A DNA stretch of 64,000 nucleotides, taken from assembly GCA_963842945.1 (NCBI GenBank), contig CAWJIM010000023.1, positions 456,032 to 520,031 of the forward strand. The letters are read 5' to 3'. The translations under genes were made by a program, and so were the position numbers. Origin of the DNA: an uncultured Gemmatimonadales bacterium. GTDB lineage: Bacteria; Gemmatimonadota; Gemmatimonadetes; Gemmatimonadales; GWC2-71-9. Below the pieces are notes generated by a model. That model was not told the origin of the DNA, did no database searches, and saw nothing but the letters and a program-made list of their open reading frames with translations. This document shows, in pieces, positions 40,200 to 49,245 of the stretch (position 1 is the stretch's first letter; each line of letters begins with the position of its first letter).

Positions 40200-41297
40200 G
40201 TGATATCACAGCCCGTCAGGGTAAGACACCAGCTGGGGAGCTATCCGGTTTACGTCGAGCCCGGCATCCTTGATCACCTCGCTGAGCTCCTTCAGCAACA
40301 TCTTCCTGAACGACGGATTGCCCTGATCGCCGATGCCGCCGTGTACCAGTTATACCAGAGAGGAAGTCTGGGGGCCCCATCCTGGAGCGGGGCAACATTT
40401 CAGGTCCCACCTGGCGAAGCGTCCAAGACTCGGGAGAGCTGGGCCCGCTTGTCCGACGAGTTGCTGGATAAGGGCTTTGGCCGGGACAGTGGGTTGATAT
40501 CACTGGGCGGCGGCATGGTTGGCGATCTGACGGGATTTGTCGCCGCCACCTACATGCGGGGAATTCCTTACGCCCTAGCTCCTACTACTCTGCTGGCTAT
40601 GGTGGACGCTTCGGTCGGCGGAAAGACCGGGGTCAACACCACGCACGGCAAGAACCTGATTGGAGCCTTCCATCCGCCGGCCGCCGTTATCGCCGATCCC
40701 CAAACCCTGGCCACCCTTCCGGACCGGGAGTACAGGGGCGGACTGGCGGAGGCGGTGAAACACGGATTGATCGCCGATCAGTCCTATTTCGAGTGGATCG
40801 AGTCTGCCACTGAAGACATTCTCCGCCGAGATCCCGCGGCGTTGGCGCACCTGGTCCGCCGCAGCGTGGAGATCAAGGCGGATGTGGTCAGCGAGGACGA
40901 ACGCGAGTCCGGCCGCCGGGCTATTCTAAATGCGGGGCATACGGTAGCTCACGCGCTGGAGGCAGCCTCGCACTACCAGTTGTCGCATGGAGAGGCTGTG
41001 GCCCTGGGGCTGTTGGCGGAGTGCGTGCTGGCTGAGCGGATGGGTGTGGCCGAACCTGGCCTCTCCGTTCGAGTTGGGTCGCTACTCGAGCGGCTCGGCC
41101 TCCCGGTCCGATTACCGGAATCGGTCGATTATTCGACGGCCGTGCTCCGGATGTCAGTCGACAAGAAGAACCGAAAGGCCCAAATCCATTGCGCCCTCGT
41201 ATCCGGGCTGGGACGCATGCATTGCCTCGGTGGTTGGACCACTCCGATCGCTGTAGACGATATGGAAACGGCGGTGAGGACGCTGGTCTCCCGGTAG
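40200..41297 (+). CDS. aroB: 3-dehydroquinate synthase
   Basis: GEASK, GGGMVGD, PTTLLAMVDASVGGKTG, KNLIGAF, LNAGHT.AHA, HGEAV. Confidence 0.96.
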   Translation: MISQPVRVRHQLGSYPVYVEPGILDHLAELLQQHLPERRIALIADAAVYQLYQRGSLGAPSWSGATFQVPPGEASKTRESWARLSDELLDKGFGRDSGLISLGGGMVGDLTGFVAATYMRGIPYALAPTTLLAMVDASVGGKTGVNTTHGKNLIGAFHPPAAVIADPQTLATLPDREYRGGLAEAVKHGLIADQSYFEWIESATEDILRRDPAALAHLVRRSVEIKADVVSEDERESGRRAILNAGHTVAHALEAASHYQLSHGEAVALGLLAECVLAERMGVAEPGLSVRVGSLLERLGLPVRLPESVDYSTAVLRMSVDKKNRKAQIHCALVSGLGRMHCLGGWTTPIAVDDMETAVRTLVSR

Positions 41298-41441
41298 CTT
41301 TGCTTATCTCTGAAGTGTCGGTCCATGCAGCATCTTGCAGCAGGTTATTCACCGAGTTATCAACCCAAACCATAACCCTGGTGGACAAAGCAACAAAGCA
41401 GTTGCTGACGAACGATTTGTGATGTGGAAACAGAGGTTTGC

Positions 41442-41470
41442 TTGACCGCATGAGCGGAACTTCCTATATT
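41442..41470 (+). promoter_or_regulatory. Candidate sigma70 promoter for the sigma factor gene
   Basis: TTGACC-17 nt-TATATT. Confidence 0.6.
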
Positions 41471-41543
41471 CGCTACTCAATCCTCTCCGATTGTCGGTCA
41501 CCGCTCCACAAAATGTATCCCGCTCCCTCTGCCGGGGTTGTCT

Positions 41544-42437
41544 ATGACGCATGTCCGCACCGGGAAAGCCCGCCCGTTTGCCCGCTCTGCTCCTTCTGGC
41601 GCATTCGACCAATACCTTCTCGATATCCAAAAGCTCCCCATGATCTCGGATCCGGCCGAGGAAAAGCGGCTCGCTCGTAAGGCCGTGGCCGGAGACGAGG
41701 CGGCAGCAGAGCGGCTGGTCACCGCGAACCTCCGGTTCGTGATCTCCTACGTCAAGAAGTACCAGGGTCACGGGCTCGACCTCTCCGAACTGGTGGCCAT
41801 CGGCAACGAGGGACTGCTCAAGGCGGTCAAGAAGTTCGATCCCGATCACGGCGTGAAGTTCATCTCCTACGCCGTCTGGTGGGTGCGTCAGGCCGTGCTC
41901 AAGGCACTGGCAGAACAGACCCGCAGCGTGCGCATTCCCCTGAACCAGAACTCGGCGCTGGTCCGAATGTCCCGCGCCAAGGGCTTCCTGGCTCAGGAGC
42001 TGGGGCGGGAACCCACCGACGAGGAGATCGCAATCGCGCTGAACGACTCGGTGGACAACATTCGCTCCGCCCACCGCATGAGCTCGACCGAGGTCTCGCT
42101 CGATGCTCCAGTGGAGCGTCAGGACCGGGGCGCGAGTACGTTCGGCGAGCGGGTGGCCGGCACTGGTGGGTTGGAGATCGAGGAGATGACGGATGTGCGT
42201 CTCCAGCGCGAGTTCATCGACCGCATCTTCCAGCGCCATCTCACCCCGCGGGAGCGGAAAATCCTGTCCCTGTACTACGGTTTGGAAGAGGGCTCCGAGG
42301 CCCTGACCCTGGAAAAAATCGGAGCGCTGCTCGGAGTCACCCGGGAACGCATTCGCCAGATCCGGGAGCGAGCCTTCGAGAAGCTGCGGGACTCGCCGGA
42401 CGTCCGGTCTTTGCGAGGGTTCTGGGGAGCGGCTTAA
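41544..42437 (+). CDS. RpoD/SigA-family sigma70 factor lacking region 1.1
   Basis: ANLRFVIS, GNEGLLKAV.KFDP, KFISYAVWWVRQ, VRIP, SLDAP, TLEKIG..LGVTRERIRQI. Confidence 0.92.
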   Translation: MTHVRTGKARPFARSAPSGAFDQYLLDIQKLPMISDPAEEKRLARKAVAGDEAAAERLVTANLRFVISYVKKYQGHGLDLSELVAIGNEGLLKAVKKFDPDHGVKFISYAVWWVRQAVLKALAEQTRSVRIPLNQNSALVRMSRAKGFLAQELGREPTDEEIAIALNDSVDNIRSAHRMSSTEVSLDAPVERQDRGASTFGERVAGTGGLEIEEMTDVRLQREFIDRIFQRHLTPRERKILSLYYGLEEGSEALTLEKIGALLGVTRERIRQIRERAFEKLRDSPDVRSLRGFWGAA

Positions 42438-42443
42438 GAAGAG

Positions 42444-42565
42444 GCAGGTAAGCGGAGAAGCAGGGAGGCGAGGAAGTAAGGGGCCGGCGAAATTCGTCGG
42501 CCTCTATTTTTCGTCCCCTCCACCCTTCCCGAACCTCCCGCATCCCCGCTTCCCTCCTTCCCCGC
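42444..42565. repeat. Hairpin element with GCGGGGAA-like 8-mer arms around a terminator
   Basis: gcaggtaa-gcggagaa-gcagggag-gcgaggaa ... cctcccgc-atccccgc-ttccctcc-ttccccgc. Confidence 0.6.
42482..42511 (+). terminator. Intrinsic terminator after the sigma factor gene
   Basis: ggccggcga-aat-tcgtcggcc followed by tctattttt. Confidence 0.55.
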
Positions 42566-42576
42566 TAAATTCCGCC

Positions 42577-43245
42577 ATGCCCTTCCGGCTGCCCCTGTTT
42601 CCACTCTCGGTTGTGCTGTTTCCCGGGAATCCATTGCCGCTCCACATATTCGAGCCCCGCTACCGGCGAATGCTCGCCGACTGCCTGACGGCCGATCGCC
42701 GCTTCGGGATCACGCCGGCCAGTGAGAACGCCGGCCCGCCCGGTCCGGGAGCTATCGGCTGTGTAGCCGAAGTTCGGCTCAATCAGGAGCTGCCCGACGG
42801 GAGATCGAACATCGTGGTGGTGGGAGGAACCCGATTCGTGGTGGGCCGCATGCTCGAGGAGTCGCTTCCCTACCTGGTCGCCATGGTCCAGGAATTCGAC
42901 GATGACCAAGGCACCGAGCCGACCGGCGACGAAGTGGCTGCGCTTCGGGAGCTCTCCACCATCTATCTCAGCGGCCTGCGCGAACTGAACGATGAGCCGC
43001 CGGAGGAGCCGACACTCCCGGAAGACGCCGCCGGTCTTTCCTTTCACATAGCGGGCAGCATCGAGTGCGACCTGGGAGTGAAGCAGCGCCTCCTGGCCGA
43101 ACGCTCCACTGCGGGCCGGGTGAAGGCACTGATGATGTTGCTCCCGGTCCTGAACAGTACGGTCGAGAAAGGGATCAAAGTACATCGTCGCTCCCACACC
43201 AACGGCAAAGGTGGCGCCATTCCGGACGTTTCCACCAGCTCATGA
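42577..43245 (+). CDS. Stand-alone Lon N-terminal (substrate-binding) domain protein
   Basis: LPLFPL.VVLFPG..LPLHIFEPRYRRML, LPDGR, KQRLL. Confidence 0.88.
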   Translation: MPFRLPLFPLSVVLFPGNPLPLHIFEPRYRRMLADCLTADRRFGITPASENAGPPGPGAIGCVAEVRLNQELPDGRSNIVVVGGTRFVVGRMLEESLPYLVAMVQEFDDDQGTEPTGDEVAALRELSTIYLSGLRELNDEPPEEPTLPEDAAGLSFHIAGSIECDLGVKQRLLAERSTAGRVKALMMLLPVLNSTVEKGIKVHRRSHTNGKGGAIPDVSTSS

Positions 43246-44663
43246 ATCCATCGCTTCTCGCCGGTCTCAGTCGAATCGTCGGGCGCCAATGGGTCCGTCA
43301 CCGGCGGGCGGAACTGGCGACCTACGCCATGGATGGTCTCCCCACGCATGAGTCCACCCCGGGTGTCGTGGTCATGCCCGCCAATCCGGAGCAGGTGCGA
43401 GAAATCGTCAGGCTGCTGCATCTGGTTGGCGTTCCATTCGTCGCCCGCGGTGCCGGGACCGGGCTGAGCGGCGGGGCTCTGGCGGATCCCGATACTGTCC
43501 TGATCGCGCTCACCCGGATGAACCGGATTCTGGATGTCGATCCCGTTCAGCGCCGAGCTGTCGTGCAGCCCGGTGTGGTCAATGCCCGGCTGTCGGATGC
43601 GGTGCTGCCCCTGGGCCTGTACTACGCGCCGGACCCCTCGAGCCAGGCGGCCTGTACCGTGGGCGGGAACGTGGCGGAGAATGCCGGGGGGCCTCACTGT
43701 CTCAAGTATGGCGTGACCACTAATCACATCGTGGCTCTCGACGTGGTTTTGTCGGATGGCTCCACTGCCCGCCTGGGCTCGGACCAGGGTGAGCCCTGGG
43801 GCCCCGACCTGGTGGGGCTGTTCGTGGGCAGTGAGGGAATGTTCGGCATCGCCACCCAGATCACGGTCCGGCTCGAGCGCATTCCTGAGAGCGTGCGCAC
43901 CATGCTGGCCGACTTCGCAACTGTGCGGGCCGCCAGCGAAGCCGTGTCGGCCATCATCGCCGCAGGCATCGTTCCGGCCGCACTCGAGATGATGGACCGC
44001 GCGTGCGTCGCGGCGGTAGAAGCCTCCATATACGCCGCAGGTTATCCAACGGATGCGGCGGCGGTTCTCCTGGTGGAGCTGGACGGCCAAACCGATGCGG
44101 TAGAGTCGGAAGCGGGTGTAGTGTTGCAGATCCTGAGCGAATGCGGCGCCCGAGACGTGCGCAGCGCTTCGACTCCGGCCGACCGTGCCCGACTCTGGCA
44201 GGGACGGAAGAAAGCCTTCGGCGCCATGGGCCGGATCGCTCCAGACCTGGCCGTGCAGGATGCCGTCGTCCCTCGTTCGGTTCTGCCGGCAATCATGGAC
44301 CAGATCGAAGGGATCCGCAGGCACTACGATCTCACTATCAGCAACGTCTTTCACGCAGGCGACGGGAACCTGCACCCGAACATCAGCTTCGACCGGCGCG
44401 ACCCGGCGGTCGCCGCCCGGGTTCGTGCCGCGTGCCGGGACATCATGGCGGCTTGTGTCGCGGTGGGCGGGAGCATTACGGGCGAGCACGGCGTGGGCAA
44501 CGACAAGCTCGACTACATGCCCTGGATCTTCGATTCCGATACGCTCGCGGCAATGCAGGCCGTGCGTCGCGCTTTCGATCCGGCCGAGCTGGCCAATCCC
44601 GGTAAGGTGGTACCGGTACATGCCTGCCGGGAGTGGACCGCCGTGCGGAGCACCCGGCAATGA
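43242..44663 (+). CDS. glcD: Glycolate oxidase-type FAD-linked subunit GlcD
   Basis: RGAGTGLSGG, PDPSS, GGPHCLKYG, GSEG, HAGDGNLH, GEHGVG. Confidence 0.88.
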   Translation: MNPSLLAGLSRIVGRQWVRHRRAELATYAMDGLPTHESTPGVVVMPANPEQVREIVRLLHLVGVPFVARGAGTGLSGGALADPDTVLIALTRMNRILDVDPVQRRAVVQPGVVNARLSDAVLPLGLYYAPDPSSQAACTVGGNVAENAGGPHCLKYGVTTNHIVALDVVLSDGSTARLGSDQGEPWGPDLVGLFVGSEGMFGIATQITVRLERIPESVRTMLADFATVRAASEAVSAIIAAGIVPAALEMMDRACVAAVEASIYAAGYPTDAAAVLLVELDGQTDAVESEAGVVLQILSECGARDVRSASTPADRARLWQGRKKAFGAMGRIAPDLAVQDAVVPRSVLPAIMDQIEGIRRHYDLTISNVFHAGDGNLHPNISFDRRDPAVAARVRAACRDIMAACVAVGGSITGEHGVGNDKLDYMPWIFDSDTLAAMQAVRRAFDPAELANPGKVVPVHACREWTAVRSTRQ

Positions 44664-45877
44664 GTGACGTGATCTTCGGCCGGCTGCGAGCGCTACTGGG
44701 AACTACCGGAGTCGAGCGGGACCCCCAGGGAATGCCCCGGGCCACGCCCGACTCGCCTGACGCGCTTTCACTGGTGTGTCGCCTGGCCCATGAAGAGGGC
44801 TGGAAGATCCGGGTGGAGGGCCGAGGGACCTGGCTTTCCTCGGATGCCCCTGCCGACCTGGTGGTGAGCACCCGAGGAATGGAGGAGGTGGTCTCGGTCA
44901 GCCCCGCCGACCTGGTCGCGACGGTCCAGGCTGGAGCTCCTCTAGAAGTGTTGCGCCGGCGGCTGGGCGACCACGGCATGTGGCTCGCGCTCGATCCGCC
45001 CGGCCGGCCGGAGCGGAGCATCGGGTCGGTCATCGCGACTGCAACGGCGGGTCCTCTGCGCCACGGCTTCGGTCCGGTCCGCGATCATGTGCTCGGCTGT
45101 AGCGTCGCCACCGGTGACGGTCGGCTGGTCAATGCCGGCGGGAGGGTGGTAAAGAACGTCGCCGGCTATGATCTGACCAAGCTGCAGGTCGGGGGCTTCG
45201 GCGGGTTCGGCATCATCGCAGAGGTCCACCTGCGGCTCAGAGCGCTGCCCCGGGCCGATGTGACCCTGCTGGCTCGGGGCGCCCGTGACGCGTTGACCTC
45301 CGGCGCGCGGGACGTCGTGGCTGCCAATCTTCTGCCCGCGGCGCTCGAACTGCTGTCCCCGGCGCTCGCGGCCGAGCCTGACTGGGTTCTTGCGATCCGG
45401 TTCGTGGGGACCGACGCCGCGGTTCAGGCCGATGTGCGTCGGCTCGGCTCCTCAGCCGACCTCAGCTGGCAGCAGCTCCCGGCCGACCGAACGGCCGCCT
45501 TCTGGAGCACGGTGGCTCGAGGAACTCTGGGCGGCCCCGTTACCCTGAGACTGGGGGTCCTGAGCGACGGGCTGGACGAAGCCATCGATTTGCTGGCCCA
45601 CGATCTGGACGAGGGGCTGGTATCTGCCGGCGCAGGTCAGGGAATGATCCGCTGGACCGGCGATGCACCGCTGGAGCGGCTGCGGGGGCTCCGGCGCGCG
45701 GCGGCCTCGCGAGAGATCCCGATGACGCTGGAGCGCGCACCCTGGGTCATTCGACGCGCCCTGGGCCATTTCGGAGCGTACCGCGAAGGTGTCGGAAAGA
45801 TCGTGGGGCGGCTGCGGGGCACCTTCGATCCGGGTCAGTGCCTGAATGTCGCACTGGAGGGGGTAGACAATGCCTGA
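44660..45877 (+). CDS. glcE: Glycolate oxidase-type FAD-binding subunit GlcE
   Basis: GGRVVKNVAGYDL; lies between glcD and glcF. Confidence 0.85.
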   Translation: MSDVIFGRLRALLGTTGVERDPQGMPRATPDSPDALSLVCRLAHEEGWKIRVEGRGTWLSSDAPADLVVSTRGMEEVVSVSPADLVATVQAGAPLEVLRRRLGDHGMWLALDPPGRPERSIGSVIATATAGPLRHGFGPVRDHVLGCSVATGDGRLVNAGGRVVKNVAGYDLTKLQVGGFGGFGIIAEVHLRLRALPRADVTLLARGARDALTSGARDVVAANLLPAALELLSPALAAEPDWVLAIRFVGTDAAVQADVRRLGSSADLSWQQLPADRTAAFWSTVARGTLGGPVTLRLGVLSDGLDEAIDLLAHDLDEGLVSAGAGQGMIRWTGDAPLERLRGLRRAAASREIPMTLERAPWVIRRALGHFGAYREGVGKIVGRLRGTFDPGQCLNVALEGVDNA

Positions 45878-47147
45878 CTACTCCTCCTTGGATCCATGCG
45901 TCCACTGCGGGTTCTGCCTGCCGGCGTGCCCGACCTACCTGGTTACCGGCGACGAAGGGCACAGCCCGCGGGGGCGCATCGTCCTGATGCGAGCGCTCGA
46001 GCGGGGCGAGATCGGCGCCGACGATGCCGCCTTGGCCAACCACCTGGATGCGTGCCTGGGGTGCCGAGGCTGCGAGCCAGCCTGCCCTTCGGGGGTGGGC
46101 TATGGCCGCGGGCTCGAGGCAGCGCGTGAGCAGCTACATGCGCAACGCGGCCTCCCGGGCCTGGCCCGAACGGTGCTTGGGGTCTTCCGCTATCGGGCGC
46201 TGTGGCGCCCGCTCTTCTCCGCGGCCCGCGTACTCCGGGCCACCCGCCTGCCCCAGCTTGTCGCCGGTAAGGGACGGCTGAGATTCGGCATGGGAATGCT
46301 GGCGTCGAGTGCGGAGATAAAGGAGCGGCCCGAGTGGGTAATGAGGTCGGAGATCCCCCCCACCGCTCAGCCTGCTGCTTCCACTTCGCCTTCCCGGTCC
46401 ACGCCCCTCTACTCCACCGTCGCCCTCTTCCGGGGCTGCGTCATGGATGCTCTGTTCGGGCATGTCCACGCGGCCACGAAGCGGACTCTTGAGGCCAACG
46501 GATATCGAGTGATCGAGCCTCCGGGCCAGGTTTGCTGCGGAGCACTTCACGAGCATGCGGGAGACCGGGACGGGGCGCGGGCGCTCGCGGCGGCGAACCT
46601 CGAGGCCTTGGTTGATCAGGCCGACTTCGTGGTGGTGAACAGCGCCGGCTGCGGGGCGTTACTCAAGGATTACGGCCATCTGCTCGGGACGGAAACAGCC
46701 GCCCGGCTGGGAGCCAGTGTTCGTGACGTGTCGGAGCTGCTGGCCGATCGGGGGCCCCGGCCGGGCGCCCCATTGAAGCTGGACGTGGCCTATGATGCGC
46801 CCTGTCATCTCCAACACGCCCAGCGAGTGCACGATGCTCCACTGGCCCTGCTGCGGGCAATACCTGGATTGCGACTGCGGCTCCTACCCGGCGCCGACCG
46901 GTGCTGCGGTAGCGCGGGAATCTATTCTGTCCTCCGGCCGCACATGGCCCGCATGGTCCTCGATAACAAGATCGTGGAGGTTGAGACGGCGAGCCCGCGC
47001 CCGGAGCTGGTGGTGACGGGCAATCCCGGGTGCATCATGCAGATCGGTGCAGGACTTCGGGCCGCCGACCTGCCGATTGGGGTAGCTCACCCGGTAGAGC
47101 TGCTTGATCTGTCGTACAGTACGGCTGGGTACTACGCTGCTCGGTGA
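45870..47147 (+). CDS. glcF: Glycolate oxidase-type iron-sulfur subunit GlcF
   Basis: CVHCGFCLPACP, CLGCRGCEPACP, two CCG domains. Confidence 0.88.
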   Translation: MPDYSSLDPCVHCGFCLPACPTYLVTGDEGHSPRGRIVLMRALERGEIGADDAALANHLDACLGCRGCEPACPSGVGYGRGLEAAREQLHAQRGLPGLARTVLGVFRYRALWRPLFSAARVLRATRLPQLVAGKGRLRFGMGMLASSAEIKERPEWVMRSEIPPTAQPAASTSPSRSTPLYSTVALFRGCVMDALFGHVHAATKRTLEANGYRVIEPPGQVCCGALHEHAGDRDGARALAAANLEALVDQADFVVVNSAGCGALLKDYGHLLGTETAARLGASVRDVSELLADRGPRPGAPLKLDVAYDAPCHLQHAQRVHDAPLALLRAIPGLRLRLLPGADRCCGSAGIYSVLRPHMARMVLDNKIVEVETASPRPELVVTGNPGCIMQIGAGLRAADLPIGVAHPVELLDLSYSTAGYYAAR

Positions 47148-47232
47148 CTGGCCCATTAAGGTCGGATGAAAATTTGCAAGGGGTCACGCTGAGTTCTTAC
47201 TTCTCACCTGTCACTCCGTTATACCTTACTCA

Positions 47233-47895
47233 ATGGCCTCCGGAATCCTCTTCGACTTCAATGGTGTCATTGTTGACGACGAAGCCCAGCACTGCGACGC
47301 CCTGACCGCGACGCTGGCCGAGTACGGTTATACCCTGAATCGCGATATGTACTACAAGGAATATCTCGGCCTGGATGATCGGGAGTGCTTCCGGTTCACC
47401 TTCGAGCGGATGGGCCGTCCAGATGATGACGGCTCCGTTCGCGACGCCGTGGCGCGAAAGCATGCTCTCTACCAGCAAGCCATCAGCGGAGGGGTGCGCT
47501 TGGTGCCCGGCGTGGCCGATTTTATCGAGAACGCCGCACTGGAGGGTTTCCAGCTGGCTATCGTCTCCGGAGCGCTGCGCCGGGAGGTGGAAACGTTCCT
47601 GGAGGCTGTCGGGTTGAGGCCTCACTTTGCCGAGCTCGTCGCAGCAGAGGATGTTGCCGTCTGCAAGCCTGACCCGACGGGATACAATCGTGCCCGTGAA
47701 ATGCTGGAGCTCGCGCCCGGCCGCTGCGTGGTGCTGGAAGACTCGCTTCCCGGACTGCGAGCCGCGCGGGCCGCCGGAATGCGGTGCGCGATGCTGACCA
47801 CGTCTCACCCCGAACCTGTCTGTCGTGAGGCCGATCTCGTCTGGCGAGACTTCGTCGGCCATGAAGCGTCCCAGCTACCATGGGCTCATGTCTGA
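47233..47895 (+). CDS. HAD family phosphatase
   Basis: FDFNGV, KPDP, EDS. Confidence 0.85.
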   Translation: MASGILFDFNGVIVDDEAQHCDALTATLAEYGYTLNRDMYYKEYLGLDDRECFRFTFERMGRPDDDGSVRDAVARKHALYQQAISGGVRLVPGVADFIENAALEGFQLAIVSGALRREVETFLEAVGLRPHFAELVAAEDVAVCKPDPTGYNRAREMLELAPGRCVVLEDSLPGLRAARAAGMRCAMLTTSHPEPVCREADLVWRDFVGHEASQLPWAHV

Positions 47896-48874
47896 GTTCG
47901 ATCTAACCCTGGACCGTAACCGCCTGGCCGAGGTTCGCCACGGCGCAGTGGTGGTCACCACCGACTCCGCGGTCTTCCGGGTCCAGGGCCCGGGCGCCCT
48001 CAGCTGCCTTCAGGGCCTGCTCACCAACGATGTAGTAAAGCCGGGCGACAACAGTCTGGTTTACGGCGCGCTGTTGACGCCCAAGGGCGCTGTGGTGGTT
48101 GATTACTGGGTGCTGCGCCAGCCGGAAGCCATCACGCTGATCGCGCCGCGCTCTGGGCAGGAGGCTTCCCTTGACCTGTTCCGGCGCCAGCTGCCGCCCC
48201 GGCTCGCCAAGGTGAGCGACCAGACAGGCCAGGCGAGAGTGGCCTGGTTGATCGGGGCGCACGGATTTCAGACGCTGGCTTCCTCGGGGGTTCCGCTGCC
48301 GGAGTCCACCGGCCGAGTCGCCTCCGTCGGCGGCGAGGTGAGCCCGGTAGCGTTGGCCCTGGCGCCTGAGACGGCGCCGTTCGTCGCGCTCGCGGTCGGA
48401 GCCGAGCCGGCCATCGCTGCGCTGACCAGCAAACTGGTGGCTGCGGGGGCGCTCCAGGGTGACGAGCGCGACTTACATGCCGCCCGCATCCTCTGTGGCT
48501 GGCCGGCGCTGGGGGCGGAGATCGACGAACGCACCTTGCCGCAAGAGGTGCGCTACGATCAGATCGGCGGCGTCTCCTACACCAAGGGCTGCTACACCGG
48601 GCAGGAGACCGTCGCCCGGTTGCACTTTCGGGGACACACCAACCGGGAGCTGCGGGGACTCCGCTGGCGCAGGGCACAGCCGCTCCACAACCGGTCGATC
48701 CAAAAGGGAGAGCGTGAGGTAGGGAGCGTGCGATCGACCCTCAGGCTGGAAGACCGAGCCATCGGCCTAGGGTTGATTCGGCGCGAGGTGGGTGTGGGCG
48801 AGGAGCTGGTGGCTGGAGGTCAACCAGCCACCGTGGTAGCGCTTCCCTTCGGCCCCGAGGATCTGGACGGGTGA
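47888..48874 (+). CDS. YgfZ/GcvT-like folate-binding protein
   Basis: LQGLLTNDV, KGCYTGQE signature. Confidence 0.88.
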   Translation: MSEFDLTLDRNRLAEVRHGAVVVTTDSAVFRVQGPGALSCLQGLLTNDVVKPGDNSLVYGALLTPKGAVVVDYWVLRQPEAITLIAPRSGQEASLDLFRRQLPPRLAKVSDQTGQARVAWLIGAHGFQTLASSGVPLPESTGRVASVGGEVSPVALALAPETAPFVALAVGAEPAIAALTSKLVAAGALQGDERDLHAARILCGWPALGAEIDERTLPQEVRYDQIGGVSYTKGCYTGQETVARLHFRGHTNRELRGLRWRRAQPLHNRSIQKGEREVGSVRSTLRLEDRAIGLGLIRREVGVGEELVAGGQPATVVALPFGPEDLDG

Positions 48875-48878
48875 TCCG

Positions 48879-49046
48879 CTACTTCTTGGCCGTATCCCGC
48901 GCCATGGTCGAGTCGGAATGAGTCATCCCCATGCCGGTGTCGGACATAGCCGGGGCGGCAGCCGACGTATCGGACGCCGGGGTGGCAGCCTTCTTTTCGC
49001 AGCCCGCGAGCAGGAGAACCGCGGTTAGCGCCAGGATCGTCTTCAT
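48879..49046 (-). CDS. Small lipoprotein (55 aa)
   Basis: MKTILALTAVLLLAGC lipobox; RBS agggag; upstream TTGACA-16-TAGCTT (49151-49124). Confidence 0.75.
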   Translation of the reverse strand: MKTILALTAVLLLAGCEKKAATPASDTSAAAPAMSDTGMGMTHSDSTMARDTAKK

Positions 49047-49245
49047 CGTCACTCCCTGTAAGGTCGGCGGTGAATGAACCGGGTCCACGGCCGTCGCTGT
49101 CGCCGGACAGAGACGCGACGGCCAAGCTATGTCCCAGCATCACTTTGTCAAGATCAATCATACTACCGGTACATCGAAATCAGTTCATGAAAGCTGATAA
49201 TTTTCTTTTCTGCCAATTGTTTCCCGTTCGTGAGCGAATCCAATC

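Noticed and set aside
41298..41540. Replication origin
   Set aside because: Only four imperfect DnaA boxes, no clear unwinding element, and no dnaA/dnaN nearby; kept only as a regulatory candidate.
49121..49137. Sigma54-like TGGGAC-N5-TTGG on the - strand
   Set aside because: Lacks the conserved -12 GC; a sigma70 reading of the same region fits better.
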